A stretch of DNA of 64,000 nt, taken from positions 62,001 through 126,000 of the forward strand of contig CAJFCJ010000015.1 of assembly GCA_904063045.1 (NCBI GenBank), in the 5' to 3' direction. Source of the DNA: Dimorphilus gyrociliatus. Its lineage: Eukaryota > Animalia > Annelida. Both the position numbers and the translations under genes were made by a program. A model generated the notes under the pieces. It was not told the origin of the DNA. It saw only the letters and a program-made list of their open reading frames with translations, and ran no database searches. Numbering within the stretch: the first letter of the stretch is position 1; every line of letters begins with the position of its first letter. Shown piece after piece: positions 14,066 to 28,867 of the stretch.

Positions 14066-17000
14066 ATTACAGAATACTGCGGATTTAATGATAATATTCT
14101 AATTTCTCGTTCTACGGCAACGGAGTATTTCGAAATTATCATATTTCTTGATAAATTCACCTTTACGAAAGTTCTTTTCAAATTGCAAAACTAGTCAGAC
14201 ATGTTTTGTAGTTTCGTACACCGCGTGCTTGCCAACCGACTACGAAAATAACAATTTCCCCGCTAAAAATTTAAACAGAAAAAAAATGGAAAGAGATTAT
14301 AGCGTCAGTCTGAAAAGAATGAAAATGTAAAAATGGAACCCTCTATATAAACCGATTTATTTATATAGACAAAAGCAATTTTTATGTTTTAACTATAATT
14401 AAAGTAATGAAAAATTTAACGATTCTTTTATTTTGTATATAATATAAACATGCATATGGCTTTTGTTGACGTCTAGACGTAGACATAAAAAATGGCGCAG
14501 CCTTTACTTTTTTTTAACTAAACTGTAAAATTAAATGTGGATTATGTTACTGGTGGGCGTTTTTATTGATATCCTACATAGTCCAACCAGCACTACTTTT
14601 GGTTTCCATATCAACAGTCTTAAGTCTCTTTAGAGAATGTTCCATAGAAAGTTGATTCCTTTCTCTATATTTTTTATATTCAGATAAAGAATACAAAAGT
14701 AAATCTATAAAATAGAATATTAGAGGGTTATGTTTGTCTATTTTGCTCATTTTCCCATCTATTCATTCAAACTATTAGAAGTAACAATAGAATATAAAGC
14801 TAAAATTGTTACCCATTTCATAAAAAGTTAATAGAATCATAATCTACTAATATAGGTCAATAAATTTATATAAAAGACATATATTCCCTTGTTTATCTCG
14901 TAACGACAAAACAATCCCCGATGTTTGAAAATAAATTACTCTTCTCTACTCCCTTTCCTTCTTTCAATTTAGAATCGAAGAGAAGAAGTAAATAAGGCAT
15001 TTTCGATTTCTTTTTGAAAAAAGAAACGCTTACGTCAGCTTTTTGTCGTTTTCAATATCCGGATAAATTACTCCATTCTGACTCTCTATATTTACTTATA
15101 ATTCGTATTCTACTAAATTGTTCTACTACTGTATATAGTATATTTATAGATATTAAGTGTTTGCAGTATAAAGTAATATTATATATTTATTAATAGTACG
15201 CTTTATAAAGGGTTTTTCATTGTATCAGTAAAAGTTTTGTATAACAATTAATATGCAAATTAGATATTGTTTTCAATGCGTCATCGTCATCATCATACTT
15301 TTGTATAATTGTTTATTTATATGACCTAAAAAATGTTGTGATAGGATTAAGTTCTTATTCTCAATTCCCACTCTCTCTCTCTCCCTCCCTCCCTGATCAA
15401 CTAATTAATTACATATTATACGTAAAAACTGTATAAGTCGAATTAAAGAATATTCCAGAATATTTCACCTTTATGGAATAGTTCTTCCTTGAATAATTTT
15501 GCATAGTCCGTGTCGTTTTACATTGATTTATTAACTAATATATAAAAAGATTTATTTTTAGATTGTAAAATTACTCTATTTATATTGTAATTAACTATAG
15601 TATAATGGAAATAACGATTATCTCTATTGATAAATCGTAATATGTTACGTTTGATTCACATTTCAGAAATAAAAGTTATAGTTGAATAAGTTAGATGGGT
15701 TAATTATCCAATAGAAGATCAAAGTAGGTGGGCTAGATAGATAATAAAACTAGTTATACAGAGAAAGAAACAACTATCGTGAAAAGGGAAAAGAAATGAA
15801 TATTTAATATACTAATATGAATATATAAATATATACTAGTATACATTATTGTAATGCGTAGATGAATAGATGAATTATTAAGTTGTATAATAGAGTAATT
15901 AGTTCCTTATCATTTCAAACAATTATTACTGTTTAATTACTTTTTCCCCGAATAAACCTATAACTGTCTATATAAAGTTTTGCTGATTAATGAAAATTTT
16001 TAAATAATATAAATGTAATTGAATTTAATAAATAAAATATACTATAAGTAGAAATATTCAATTTGTTAGATAGATTTTACTGATTACCTACATATGTTTA
16101 CTATTTTTAGATAGAAATTAGATTTTTAGGAAATATGTCATGTGAAAGGAGTTAATTAATAAAGGTTATCTATATTTCTCATCTTTTAACATCCATGTTT
16201 TAAAACACTTTTGATGTATGCAACATTTAACCATGTGTTTAAGACTCTTATTAGAATATAGTATGTCATTTTTATTAATATTTATGCTTTAGATCATTAA
16301 AACTACATAATTGTTTTTAGAATGAATGTAATAGTAGCTTTTTCTCGTTAAGTACCATTCATAACCCTTTGATGTTTATTACGTAATTATACCATATTCT
16401 AGGAATATCATATCAGCTATGCACACATATATATAGAGTACACAGAAGATATAAAATCCTTAAACGTGACGAATTTCTTAAAGAAATCCCTGCTTTCAAA
16501 CAAAATATCTACTATTTAAGTCATTTAATTGATAAAGGAAGGGGAATAGTCAATAGACATATTAGACAACGACTTTTTTTAATTATCTAGCAATAAGATT
16601 TTCTGTCATCCCTTGAGGTTTTTTGTTTCTTTTCTAAATCTGTAGATGTTTTATCTTTGGAAGAAAGAGAGAAAGAAGGAATGAAGTTAACGAGGAGAGA
16701 AAAGTGAAAGATAAGGCGGTAGAATAGGATATTTTACAAAGATTACAGTATATACATGTATTATAATAAGTCTCTAAGTGAAAGTCATATGTGTACAATA
16801 TATTTTTTCAGGTTTATATTGTAGCCAACATCTGTAAGCCCAAGCTGGTATAAGCTTTCACAATAATCAAAAAGAGTAGATTGTATAGATTTTCCAGTTC
16901 GTTTATTCAATTAGAAAGACAAGGTATTTCTTCAAATTTCTCAACAATTACATATATTCAACAAATTATGTCTGCTCGTAAATGTGTATGTGTATGTACA

Positions 17001-17322
17001 AGTGATAATGTGTTCGTAGTGTTGAGAATTGGCAAGAAACATAGAGACTATACAAACAGAACCAAAAAGTTAATTAAGGGCTAAACTGAGGTAACAGCTG
17101 TATAAATTACAAATTACGTACTCGAGACAAAGCGTAAATAACATATAAATAAGTGGAAATTTAGATGATTGAAATAGATAATCTAAAACATTTCTTAGAG
17201 GACGTCTACAGTTCGAATCTAATCATAAACGAGGTAAACAAGATATTCAAGGATATATGTACATCACACAAAGAGTAATAAATATCTTATCGTTCACACA
17301 TTTAGTTTATCTTCTTACTCCA

Positions 17323-18445
17323 CTATAAGGATAATTTTGAAAAAGCTTCAAGATTAGCTTCAAAATTGTCATCATTTAAACCTCCCTTCAATTGTGGAGT
17401 TTGATACACGTATTTTACGTATTCAGGGCATTTAGAATGGCTTTGCTTTGAAAGTCTGTCCAATTGATTGCTTTCATTGATAAATTCAATTATACTTCTT
17501 AACCGATCAAGGTAACTCTTTCCATAAGTTTTCTTCAAGTATTCATGTATAGCTATGGTTACTTGATCTTGGCCCGCTTTTAATTGAGGATACCTTTGTG
17601 ATGGTTTTAAAACTGTATAGGCCACGATGAGCATAGCTTCTTCTTGAGTAATTTGCAAGTTCATCATTCGCTTATAACTTTCTACTCTAAGATCTTCTCC
17701 TGTCTCTGGACTTAACTTTTCAATACATGCAAAATTGAGTTGCATTTGTTTCCCATTCAAGCACATTGTGAGTGTACCTGTCTCCGACACTGAGAGGGAC
17801 CGGTTTGCAGTATATATTAATACCATGTAATTCAAAGCGGGTACTGTTAGTGCGATAAGCTCTGCTTTCGAAAGATTTTCTGTTCCGGGCAGGCACTGTA
17901 CAAATGATACTAAATATCTCAAAGCCACTCTTAACAGTTCCTCCGACAGATTGATAAATGTTTTACGATTATCGGGTTCGATACCTGTAACAGAAACAAT
18001 GTCCATGTAGTCTTGAATACTGAAGAATTCAATTTCATTCATTTGATTTATCTCATCTATCATATTATCCAAATTAGAAATTTCTTCATGCCAATTAATA
18101 TTTTTTAGCTGTGAAAGACTTATGCGACATTGAGTTAAAACATCTTCAGTGATAGAGAATGATGGTGAATTAGGTAAATTGATTTTTCGACTAATTTCGT
18201 CACCATATATTAAACTTTCATTATATCTTTTTCTCTTTTTTGAATAACGACCAATCTTGATCTTATCCCGGGACATACCGGCCATCAGACACTTTTGAAA
18301 TCGGCAATATTTACAAAGGAACGCATAATCATTTTCAGGTATACAATCTTGTCTTCCAGTCCGACATTTATAATCTTGATGCTTCTTCTCTCCTCGACGA
18401 AAAAATACTTTACAACCTTCGCAGGTGTAACTTCCGTAGTGTAGG
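17323..18445 (-). CDS. NR1: nuclear receptor terminal cassette exon (second half of ZF1, ZF2, hinge, LBD); no own first exon found
   Basis: Acceptor ttttag|C CTA CAC TAC GGA. Reads LHYGSYTCEGCKVFFRR...CRTGRQDC...CKYCRFQKC..GMSRDKIKIGRYS then an open LBD (FVQCLPG) to the stop at 17323. The 311 bp upstream spacer has no CxxC..GG|GT exon. Confidence 0.9.
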
Positions 18446-18756
18446 CTAAAAAAATGTTTATCATGTAAAATATTATAAATGATTTAATAAATTTATATAA
18501 TAAAATATATATTGGAAAGATAGACGGTGGAAGAGAGAAGAAGAGAGAAAAGGGACAAAGGAGGTCCAAGGATTAGTTGATAAAAGATTGAATGAAAAGC
18601 ACATTAGAATAGAAATTAAATTTGAATTTTCCAACAGATTTACTTTTATTGCAAAATTTAAAATCTTCGTTATCTTATTCTGTTTGTTTTGTGTTTCTTT
18701 AGCTTTTTACAAAATGGCAACAATAATTATTGAATTATATATAAAAAGTTAAAGAG

Positions 18757-19882
18757 TTATTGAAGAGCATATTTTTGAAGGTCATCTAGAAGATTTTTAC
18801 TCTCCTCCACTTGACCAATATTATAAAGAAACTTCAATAGAACGCCTGGAAAAACGTAATTCAAGTATTTTTTATTCTGCTCATAAAACTTTTTTACTAG
18901 TCCATCAAATTGCTTAAAATAAGCGAGAAAATTAATGATGCTTTGGAGACGTATTACGAAAGAATTGCCATAAGTGCTCTGCATATAACGAGTAAATGCC
19001 AAAACTAAACGATTATGTGCAGCCATGGATTCTTTACATTTCTTTTGAGATGATACAAGATTAATGGCAAGGATTAGCATAGTTTCTTCCCAAGTGAGTT
19101 GTAAATTAAGGAATCGTTTATGATATTCTATATGGAAATCGGCTATTTCTTGATTGGATATTTGTATCATATGATTTCTGTCCAACCCTAATCGGTAATT
19201 TTGAAGGTTGAGGAAAAATTCTTCACCTTGCCATGTATATACCCCTAGAACAGCAAATGTTAAATGTACAATATTGATTGAAGATAGGATATTGAATAAA
19301 ATTTCGGCCTCTCTCAAATTCATCATTCCTGGTAGTTGTCTAGCAAAGGGGAATACATTTTTTATTGCAACTTTAAAGAAATTCTCAATTAAGATTGAAG
19401 AATGCTTTCTCTCATCGGCTTCGACTCCGGTTACTTCTAGAATATCCATGTAATCATGATTAGATAGTCTTGCGTCCTGTGCTTGTAAAGCTAAATTAAA
19501 GCCTGAATGAAAGTTTTCGATTTCCGAAGTCCATTGAATATTTCGCATGTGATTAAATGCGATAGAGCATAAAACTAGAAGATCATCAGCGTCTGAGTAA
19601 ACAGGTAATTTAGGGATATGAAATTTAATTTGTCTTAATTCTGCTAATTGTTTCATATTTTCTAAACGTCTTTCCCTGGAATATGGACCGATTTTAATTG
19701 CTCCTTTGGACATTCCGACTGACAAACACTTGGAATATCTACAAAAACGGCACAGGAATGTGTAATCGTTTGCAGGTGTACATCGTTTCTTCCCATTACG
19801 ACACGTATACTGTTGATGCCTATGTTCACTTCGCCGGAAGAAAACTTTACAAGCTTCGCAGGTATTTGCTCCATAATGATAA
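18757..19882 (-). CDS. NR2: nuclear receptor terminal cassette exon; no own first exon found
   Basis: Acceptor tttag|T TAT CAT TAT GGA. YHYGANTCEACKVFFRRS...GMSKGAIKIGPYS, LBD FARQLPGM, frame intact. AATAAA at 18650-18645. The 2.6 kb upstream spacer has no CxxC exon. Confidence 0.9.
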
Positions 19883-21532
19883 CTAAAAATACAATGGATC
19901 TAAGAGATTTTTATAACTATCGAGTATAGTTTTTTCGCAACTAGGGTAATTTAAGCAGGTAGAATCTCTTATCTTTCATCATCAAACTTATTTCTCAGGC
20001 TGAAAATCAACAAAAGCAAACAAACAAAATTTTTTTGTCTTTTCATTTTATTCTTTCTCCTTATTCCTTGCTTTTAATTATAAAAAATCATATAAATAAA
20101 TATGTCTTTTTCTTTAATAAAAAAAATGAATAAATATCTCAACTAATTAAAAACTTATTAATATTCAGATTATTCATTTTTTTTGCTTGAAATAACGAAT
20201 AAAAAGAAAGAAAAGTTTGTTTGTATTTTTTACTGAGCTTCAATTATTATGTCTCTCTTTTTAATTTGTCGAGTTATGATCAAATAATCATATAAGTAAA
20301 AAAAATGGACGATTTATTAATAAAATTCGTATTCCAAATACGCTTATATAAATCATACTAAAAATTAACAGTCTCTTGACTCGTAATGGATCCCATTAGA
20401 TTTTTATTAATGGATAAGTTATTCACATAAAAGTTAATTGAGAATTTATCTTAATCGAATATAGACCGTTTCAGAGTAAAGTCCTGGTTTAAATGGATGA
20501 GCATTTGTCAATTAAAATCTCAAGAGAATCTCTAAATCATTTAAATTATTCAATCTAAAGACATCAGTTTTTTATTTATTTATAAGAAAGTAGTAGTAAT
20601 TTTATTTGTTCTTTTTAAAGTTATCTTTATGGTGATGAAATAAAAGTCCTAATTGTTTATATATTATCAACGTATACTATAATTTATTATTGTGTAGACT
20701 ACAAGAATATTATTTGCTCTTAACTATCTTATACATTGTTTATTGAACTCTTATTTCACTTTGAGAGCTATGGGGTTTTGCTTATCGTACAGCTACAATA
20801 AATTAGAGTTAACAACAAATTGCCCATACGTGATTAGCATCTGTAAAAATAAAGAGAACAAGGATAGCAATAAGTTGTCTCTAATAATTTGATAGGGCCT
20901 TTATTACTGTAATATTTCAGCTTGAGTGTTGTTTATATGCTTTTATAACCTTTTTCCCCCGCCGGAAAACTCCATTTAAGATAAATAATTGAACGATACA
21001 CACAGTTTTACACGGAAATTGAAAATTCAATGTTGAATTACAAATGATCCTTTCCGGTTCTATAATCGAATATTCATTAAATTTTTTATTGATATAGACA
21101 AATTGAAGAATGCAGAGCTTTTAAAGAAATATATTCTTTGTCAAACGAAGACGCTTTAATTCTATATTCCTTCTAATACATTATTAGCGAAATTAATTAC
21201 TAGTAATTGTATAATTGATCTTCTCTTGAGACAATTCGAGTGGGAGTAAAAAAAATATGTGCACAAAGAAGGAAGACGTTCAAGGTTATACAAGCGAGTT
21301 TTCTTGGAATTTTAGTTCAATGTTAGACTATATTGTTCCATCGGATAATACAATAGTATTATCAATGACTTGCCACGCTGTCTAACTTATCATCCTAAGC
21401 CACATGACAGCTCTCATAGTTCTTCAATAACGTTTTTAAGAAGCATTTAACATGTGGGAAAAGACACTCTAAGTAATTTTTGTATTATGATGTTAACAAA
21501 ACAGTATAGGTGTTTTAATGATTGATATGCAG

Positions 21533-21533
<1 letters not shown>

Positions 21534-21561
<28 letters not shown>
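21534..21561. repeat. (TA)n microsatellite; similar tracts near 7887-7943, 10681-10708, 10815-10835, 31827-31863, 32056-32073, 49659-49681 and 57989-58060
   Basis: Direct reading of dinucleotide runs; boundaries are approximate. Confidence 0.9.
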
Positions 21562-21563
<2 letters not shown>

Positions 21564-22455
21564 CATTATCTTTACGTGGAAATATCCTTTGGAATAGGCT
21601 TCAATTAGTGCTATTAATTATTACATATAACAAATGAATAGCTTACAATAGGAATACCGTAACTCTTTCCCATTTTAGAAACGCAAACGCAGTAGTTTTA
21701 ATCCTTTTTCCCTTCGCACAATGAGAAAGAAACTTAACGAGATTCTCATTAAAGTTATCAACGTTTTTAAGGAAAGAATAAAGGGAAAGTGAAAACTTTG
21801 TTCTCTTACAATTGAACATTCCCATTCCATCAGAGTGTCTACTGTGACAAAGAGCAAGTGCTGAGAAGTAAATATATTTTGTATTGTAGTTTTCAATGAA
21901 CTTTTTCCTTACTTATCACACAAATGGTGTATCACTATATACTATACAGTATATATTAGTATATAGATATAGCATATATATTGACTTTTCAATAGATAAA
22001 CTTGCTTTATTCTTTACTCACAGATGAAGCATTCCGATTGAATTCCACCCAATAAACTTTTCACCCCACTTTACAAACAATACCTTATTATCAAATTAAG
22101 CCTAGTCACGTCAAAACTATCTGTATAATCCGTCCCTAGTTATACGTATTTTCATTCAATAAAGACTCAATAGCTGCTAATTCGTAGAATATATTAATTA
22201 TATTTTAGAAATTCATATAATAACAATATAGGTAATCAACGAATTATACGGTTGATTTATCATAAATTCATTAATTAGAATTAAGTCAACTAATTAACTG
22301 CTGTTTCAAATTCAAGAGACAGACAGCAAAAGTACATAGAATAAAATGTTGTACGTTAACCACAAAATCTATCTTTCTCCACTTTTAGCTTCGTAAAAGA
22401 AGAAAATAATCGAAGAAAATGACATTAATTAAACGAAATAACAAAACTAAATAAA

Positions 22456-23569
22456 TCAAAACAATTTTAACTTTTCAATACTTGCAATATTCTCTTCATA
22501 ATCACCGAGACGGTACATACTTTTAAATACTGGATTTTTAACCGTTTTACTTAAATATTCTCCATATTTTTGATATTCTTTAACAATAGCTCTCTGAAAT
22601 TCGGCTGATCTTACAAAGAAAGATAGCAATTGTTGCCATCTTAATATTGACGATTTATTATATTTATTTTCTAAATAGTTGGATAATTCTACAAGTATTT
22701 TTTTATAATAATATGCTAATATTGGTGATTTACGACTTTTAAAAAAGTTTAATGAACAAATAAGAACAATTTCTTCTCTTGTGAAATTGATTTCTTCAAA
22801 ATCTTTTGCAAATTGTTTTAGTTTTTCAAATGTAATAACAGTTGATACACTTTCTATTAATTCAGTATTAACTGTTATGTTAGTATCGCATAAATGTACA
22901 TTATATTTTTTATCGAACCAATCTTTAAGAATATTTAAATGTAGGAATAAATAAATAAGAGTTACACCAGGTACAAATCTTGTTATCTTTTCTCGTTCGC
23001 TTAATTTATCAATTCCAGGTAGATTATTTAAACAATTTGCAAACAATTGTATATAGTGAAAGAAATAGTTTTCAGAAGCTTTAAAAATTTGTGCCCTACA
23101 ATCTAATTCAACACCTGTTACCTCCCAAACGTTCACAAATTCTTCGAGTGATACAAAGTTATCTTGAGGCATTTCTGCCGCGCTAGCATCAATTTGAATA
23201 CTGAACGAAGTTACAGAAGATAAAACTAATAACGGAGAAAAGGCATTCATACATATACTTAGAATATCATCCGCTTTTAGGAATGGAGAATATAGACATC
23301 CACGATCATTTAATTTATTAGAATTACCTACAATATTCAATTTTACAATTTCATTATGTTTTATTCTAGTATAACGTCCGTATCTAGTACGATATCTGGA
23401 CATTCCTATCCTAAGGCATTTGTTATATCGACACTTTCTGCAAACAAAGCCGTTAAGACCCGGATAGCAGTTATCTTTTCCGGATTTACAATTTAAATCC
23501 TGTATCTTATTCTTGTAACGACTGAAGAACACTTTACAGGCTTCACAAGTATATGCTCCAAAGTGAAAG
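22456..23569 (-). CDS. NR3: nuclear receptor terminal cassette exon; no own first exon (127 bp spacer)
   Basis: Acceptor ttctag|C TTT CAC TTT GGA. FHFGAYTCEACKVFFSR...GMSRYRTRYGRYT, LBD open to the stop. Only 127 bp separate the NR4 stop from this acceptor. Confidence 0.9.
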
Positions 23570-23696
23570 CTAGAAACAAAGATTAAACGGTATTTAACAA
23601 TTGTCTCTGTTTTTTTTTTTACTTTCAAATGTGATTGAGTGAGGGAAAAAAGAAAAAAAAAGCATACATTTAGTAGGTTACATAGTAATTTTATTT

Positions 23697-24822
23697 TTAT
23701 AGCTTTAATGCTTTGATACTACGAAGATTCTCTTCCATATCACCAACTCTGTACAAGGTTTTTACAATTGGACTTTGGTATACGTAAGAAAAGTATTTCT
23801 GATTTTTTCGTAACATTTTATAATGATTCATAGAGAATTCTCTCATATATGCCAAAGTATTTACGACGCTTCTCATTCTTTCCAAATAGCGATGCTGATA
23901 TGTCATCTGCATATATCTAGTGAAAGCTTTATGTATGCGTTTTTGTGCGTTTATTAATTGCGGATATTTCTTTTCAGGTGATACTAAGCTTAAAGCGAAA
24001 AGTAGTAAGATTTCTTCAAGGGTTAAATCTAAACTAACTAGCCTAAAATGGTAGTCCTTTAACGATTCTACATGTTCCTCATCGGATAGAGGAATTAAAC
24101 CTCGATAGTTCATTTGTAACTTTTTTCCCTCAACGTTAACAACGAAATATTCACCCTCGAATGAATGCATCATTTCCGTTGTTAACGCTAAATGAAGAAG
24201 AGACGTACATGACAATAGTCTACACAAAACTTCCGACGAATTCATATCATTTAAACCTGGTAACTGTTTAGCAAAAGGTAAAATGTTTAAAAGTACAACT
24301 TCCATAAAGTTTTCGATAACACTAATAAAACTCTTTCTATTATCTACTTCAAATCCAGTAGTTTCCAAAATTTTAGTATAATCCTTTAAAGAGAATAAAC
24401 CTTGCTCCATCATGTGAATTGCTCTTTCCATTTCTCCGTGTAAATTTTGAATTTCTTTAGTCCATCTAACACTCCTTATATTAAGGAATGTATTACAAGA
24501 TCTCATTAAAATGTCATCAGCGTCTGTATTGCTAAATAGATAAGGCGTACTTATAACGTTAGAACTATTCTCTCTTATTTTATGATATAATATTTTGTGT
24601 TTTCTTCTTCTATCATTTGTATAACGGCCCATTTTTATTTTTTCCTGTGACATACCAATCTTTATACACTTTGCAAATCTGCAATATTTGCAGGTGTAAA
24701 TAAATGTATTAGTAGGTTTGCATTGGCGTTTTCCATCGCTGCATTTATAATGTTGCTTCTTATCCTTATTACGATGAAAGAAAATCTTGCATGCTTCGCA
24801 CGTATATGCTCCATAGTGAAAA
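23697..24822 (-). CDS. NR4: nuclear receptor terminal cassette exon; no own first exon found
   Basis: Acceptor ccttatag|T TTT CAC TAT GGA. FHYGAYTCEACKIFFHR...GMSQEKIKMGRYT, FAKQLPGL. AATAAA immediately after the stop (23695-23690). Confidence 0.9.
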
Positions 24823-25316
24823 CTATAAGGAAATATATAAACTGTAGTCTATTTTAATTCATCACATCGATCATAATCATTCAAGCTGCCAATTACATCC
24901 TAAGATAAAATGCTTCGAACGTGCTTATAAACAGGTAAATAAATGTCCATATATATATACTGTATATATGTATATAAATGGATATTTATAAACGAAATTG
25001 AATTTCTAGAAATTCGCTATCCTAAAGTTTCCTGTTCTTGTAAAAAAAAAAAGATAAGTATCCATGGTAATAATAATATTTTCATTGATTTTTCCTGGAA
25101 TTGAAACAACAGAGAAAGAGAGAGAAGTGTAAAAAAATATACATATAAATGCATATTATTACTTTCGCTTTGAGTTTTGTTTTTGTTATTTTTTAAATTA
25201 TAATTCGACAGGAACAACAATAAAAAGAGAACAAATAGAATGAATAGAGTCCACATAAAAGTGAATATATTGAGATGATAATACACTGTTATAGTTTATC
25301 AATGTAAAAAGTATTA

Positions 25317-26478
25317 TTAGTATAGTTTATTTTTCTTTGATAAAAGTTCAGCAAAGCCTTGGCAATTTTGTTCTATTTCTACCATAGCGTATGATGTTTG
25401 TTTTGATTGATCGTTAAACCAAAGAGAAACGAAAAATTTACTTTCGTACAAGTGCATTAAATAATTTTCATCCTTTTTTGCTTTCTTTGTTACGAATAAT
25501 GTTTCCTTCATTGATCCCATATAGCTTACTATTTTATGTATTCTTTTATGATAATCTTTACCATAGGTAGATTCTAAATATCTCGTAAAACTTAACAACA
25601 ATCGATTGTAGGCGGATTGAAATTTTGGAAATTTGTTCTTATCCGATAGAAGAGTTATTGTTAGAACGTAGAAAATCTCTTCTAGAGTTAGATTAAGTGG
25701 AAATGTACAACCGGTTATTACTTTTAGAAAATGCGATAAAGGTTCCCCGTGAATATCTGTAATATTTTCCCAGCTTAACGGTAGTGACCTATTGTTAACT
25801 TTTAAAACAAATGTATCATTTTCCCAATAGCTTTGAGACAAGGCCATTATAGCCATACAAATGACATCGTAATTCTTGACAAGGTTATTTATAAATTCTA
25901 ATGGTTCTATTTCACTTAAACCGGGTAGTTTCACCAAAAAGCTTATAATTTGGGTGAATACTATTTTTAGAAGCCTCTCGATGAAAGATGACAATGCTTT
26001 TCTGTTATCGATAGCCAGGCCAAGCGTTTCAAACACATCCATATACACTTGCCGGTCAAAGAGGCCCGTTTCAGCAACACTTGCCGCTTCGTTAAAGATC
26101 ATATCGAAATTTTCAATTTTATTTGACCAAATAAGATTTCTTATTTCATAAAAAGTACTCGCACCGAATACGACAAAATCATCCGCGTCTGAATAAGGTA
26201 AAAGATGGGGTGTGGCTAATTTTCTCTTTTGCATTTCAGCAACTAATAGCCTATTTTTTAATTTCCTTACGATGGTATATGGTCCGTGCCTTATAGCGTC
26301 ACGAGACATTCCGACTTTCAAACATTTAACGTATCTACACAGTTTGCAAGGGTAAACACATTTGTCAGATGGAAGACAATTCATTCTACCCGTTCGACAA
26401 GTGTATTTCTTATGTTTTTCCCAGCTCCTTCGGAAGAAGACTTTACATGCTTCGCAAGTGTAGACTCCGTAATGCAAG
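25317..26478 (-). CDS. NR5: nuclear receptor terminal cassette exon; no own first exon found
   Basis: Acceptor tattcag|C TTG CAT TAC GGA. LHYGVYTCEACKVFFRRS...GMSRDAIRHGPYT, FLVKLPGL. Upstream spacer is 345 bp. Confidence 0.9.
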
Positions 26479-26823
26479 CTGAATAGAAACGTAACAGATT
26501 CGATCTTATTAACTGTATCCATAACGGAGAATACTTAAACAAAGCGAAGCGCGACAAAACAAAACCAACATACCACCAAAAAATCTTTGAACGCCAAAAG
26601 CGGAACTCACTAAAGCAATATTCCAATCGTATTTGAAGAAATAGATAGAACAGAGGGATTTTAATTAGGAATGCAAACAATTTCATTGTATTATTCTTTC
26701 TCTACATAATTATGATAAGTTAATACTATAACAATTTTGTTAGAAAAGAAACAGATTTCTATGTTAGCATAGGAGTATATTCTGTATGCAGCATATATTT
26801 TTATAAAGCTCTTTCATTACCCG

Positions 26824-27943
26824 CTAATTTTGTGGAATGTGAACAGACGTAATATTTCTTAAGTGATCCTCCAGATTACCTAATCCATAAACAGCTTTTA
26901 CAAGTGGTTTTCTATATACCAAATTGTAATATTTCAGACCGTTCCTGCTCCCTCCTGATCTAATAAATGGACATTGACTATAATGAGACATCAAAGCTAT
27001 TATAGCCTGAAATTTTCTTATATAATCTCTTCCGTAAGTAGTCGTTAAGTAGCGAGTGAATGCTGACACCATCCGTTTATAATGATAATTTAAAACAGGT
27101 ATACCCCTTTGGGGTGATAAAAGATTTAGTGCGCATACAAACGAAAACTCTTCATCTGTTAATTTACACTCTTGCAACAGTACCTGACTTCTTCTTTTAA
27201 AATCTACTAGCCTTTCAGACATAACTGCTCGCGCTACTTCAATTCCAACAACAACTTTATGCCCATTTAAGTTGATAATCAAAAATTCATTTTCGAGTGC
27301 GCATATATTTTCCATACTCAAAACCAAATGTAAAAGACCTCCTGAACTAAGAAAGTCGCGAAAGAAATCCTTCCTTTTAACCTCCATCATACCTGGCAAT
27401 TGTTTGATAAATGGTAAAAGTTTCAGTAAAACTACTTCCAATAAATCTTCGATCAGTTGTAGCGCAATTCTTCTATCATCTACGTGCTTTCCAGTCCCCT
27501 CTAGCACTTGTACAAACGTATCTATACTATGAACTGGACTATAGATGCACTTTTGAATATTATACATAATCTCCTGAAGATTTGGCAGAGTATCAAACCA
27601 TTTAATTTGTCGTATTGAGTAAATATTATTGGAATTTCTAATTATTAAATCGTCGAGATCTGAATAAGCAGGTAATAACGAAATAGTAACTACATCTGGC
27701 GGCTGAAATTGTTTTTTATTCTTTTCTTTAATGATTTTTTGAGCATAACGTCCTCTAACAATTTTTTCTGTTGACATTCCAACTACTAGACATTTCCTAA
27801 GTCTACAACTCTTGCACAAAAATGTTGAATTTTCATTAGGTTGGCAAGTATTTTCTCCAATGATACATTTAAAATGATCCTTCTTCCGACAACGTCGAAA
27901 AAATAGTTTGCAAGCTTCACAGGTAACGGCTCCGAAGTGAAAG
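26824..27943 (-). CDS. NR6: nuclear receptor terminal cassette exon; no own first exon found
   Basis: Acceptor tttatag|C TTT CAC TTC GGA. FHFGAVTCEACKLFFRR...GMSTEKIVRGRYA, FIKQLPGM. The 924 bp spacer has no CxxC exon. Confidence 0.9.
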
Positions 27944-28867
27944 CTATAAAACATACATTAGAGTACTCCTAACTTTTTATTTTACAAATTAAATGTTATT
28001 TTCAAGACTATTTTATTATTTGCTATAATCAATCATACGATGATATGCTAAATATATAAATATATTAGTATATATGTCATCCTATAGTATTATAGAAAAT
28101 TAATAAATTATTAAAAAACAAGACATTTCATTACATTTTCTTTCCTTATCTATCGTTAAAAGAATAAATTGAATAGTCCTTGAATAATATAAGATTTGAT
28201 AACAGCGAAAAATAAGTGTTAAGGTCATTTGAAAATGTATATATACAGTAGATATACATATACTGTATATTACTATCTATGCATTTTTTATCGTATATCG
28301 TGTTAAATAATATTACGAATAAGCTTTTCATATATTTAATGTATTGATGAATATTGTTTTATAAAAGAGAAAGAAAGACTACTTATAGCAGGATAAATGG
28401 GTGATTGTCTTCTTAATAAACATAAAACAATTACTTGCCAATGCACATTGATTGTTAAAATTTCCATCTAAAAAAAGTAACCTAGAATTCAATATTCTTT
28501 TATAAAATGAATTCGCTATAAGTACAATTGATTTAATATATTTCTTCTACCTAAATAATCACCTAGTATTAAAAATTAGATATTATTAAATTTAATAAGT
28601 CTCTGCCTTTTTCATCATCTCTCCTATTTATATTAGTATGTTATCTGTTTCTTATGCAAATTATTAGAGAGTGAAAAATGATTTTTGAGAATATGAATCG
28701 AAAAAGATTTCAAGCAAATGTTTAATAGATTTAAGGTAGTAGTCAATAGCAACACCTCATGCCCAAAAAGCTTACAGTAGTGAGTGACCAACGGACATTG
28801 AAAAAGTAGTAAATTTAAGGATTTACAATAACAACAGAGTAATATATAACTCAGTGGATGGTCTTTT

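Noticed and set aside
16812-17044. Phase-compatible + strand micro-exon chain (16812-16847, 16889-16923, 17020-17044: VYIVANICKPKL-IFQFVYSIRKT-SVENWQET*)
   Set aside because: No start exon or recognisable homology, and the 41 nt intron is shorter than any validated intron here. It could be chance in AT-rich DNA; RNA-seq would settle it.
18620-18670. FKFCNKSKSVG peptide in the NR1 spacer, a possible decayed ZF1 exon
   Set aside because: Only one Cys, wrong spacing to the Gly, an in-frame stop just upstream and no donor.
26550-26620. Donor-like GGTG|GTATGT in the spacer upstream of NR5, a possible hidden first exon
   Set aside because: No frame upstream encodes CxxC, and it lacks the GG|GT context of all nine real first exons.
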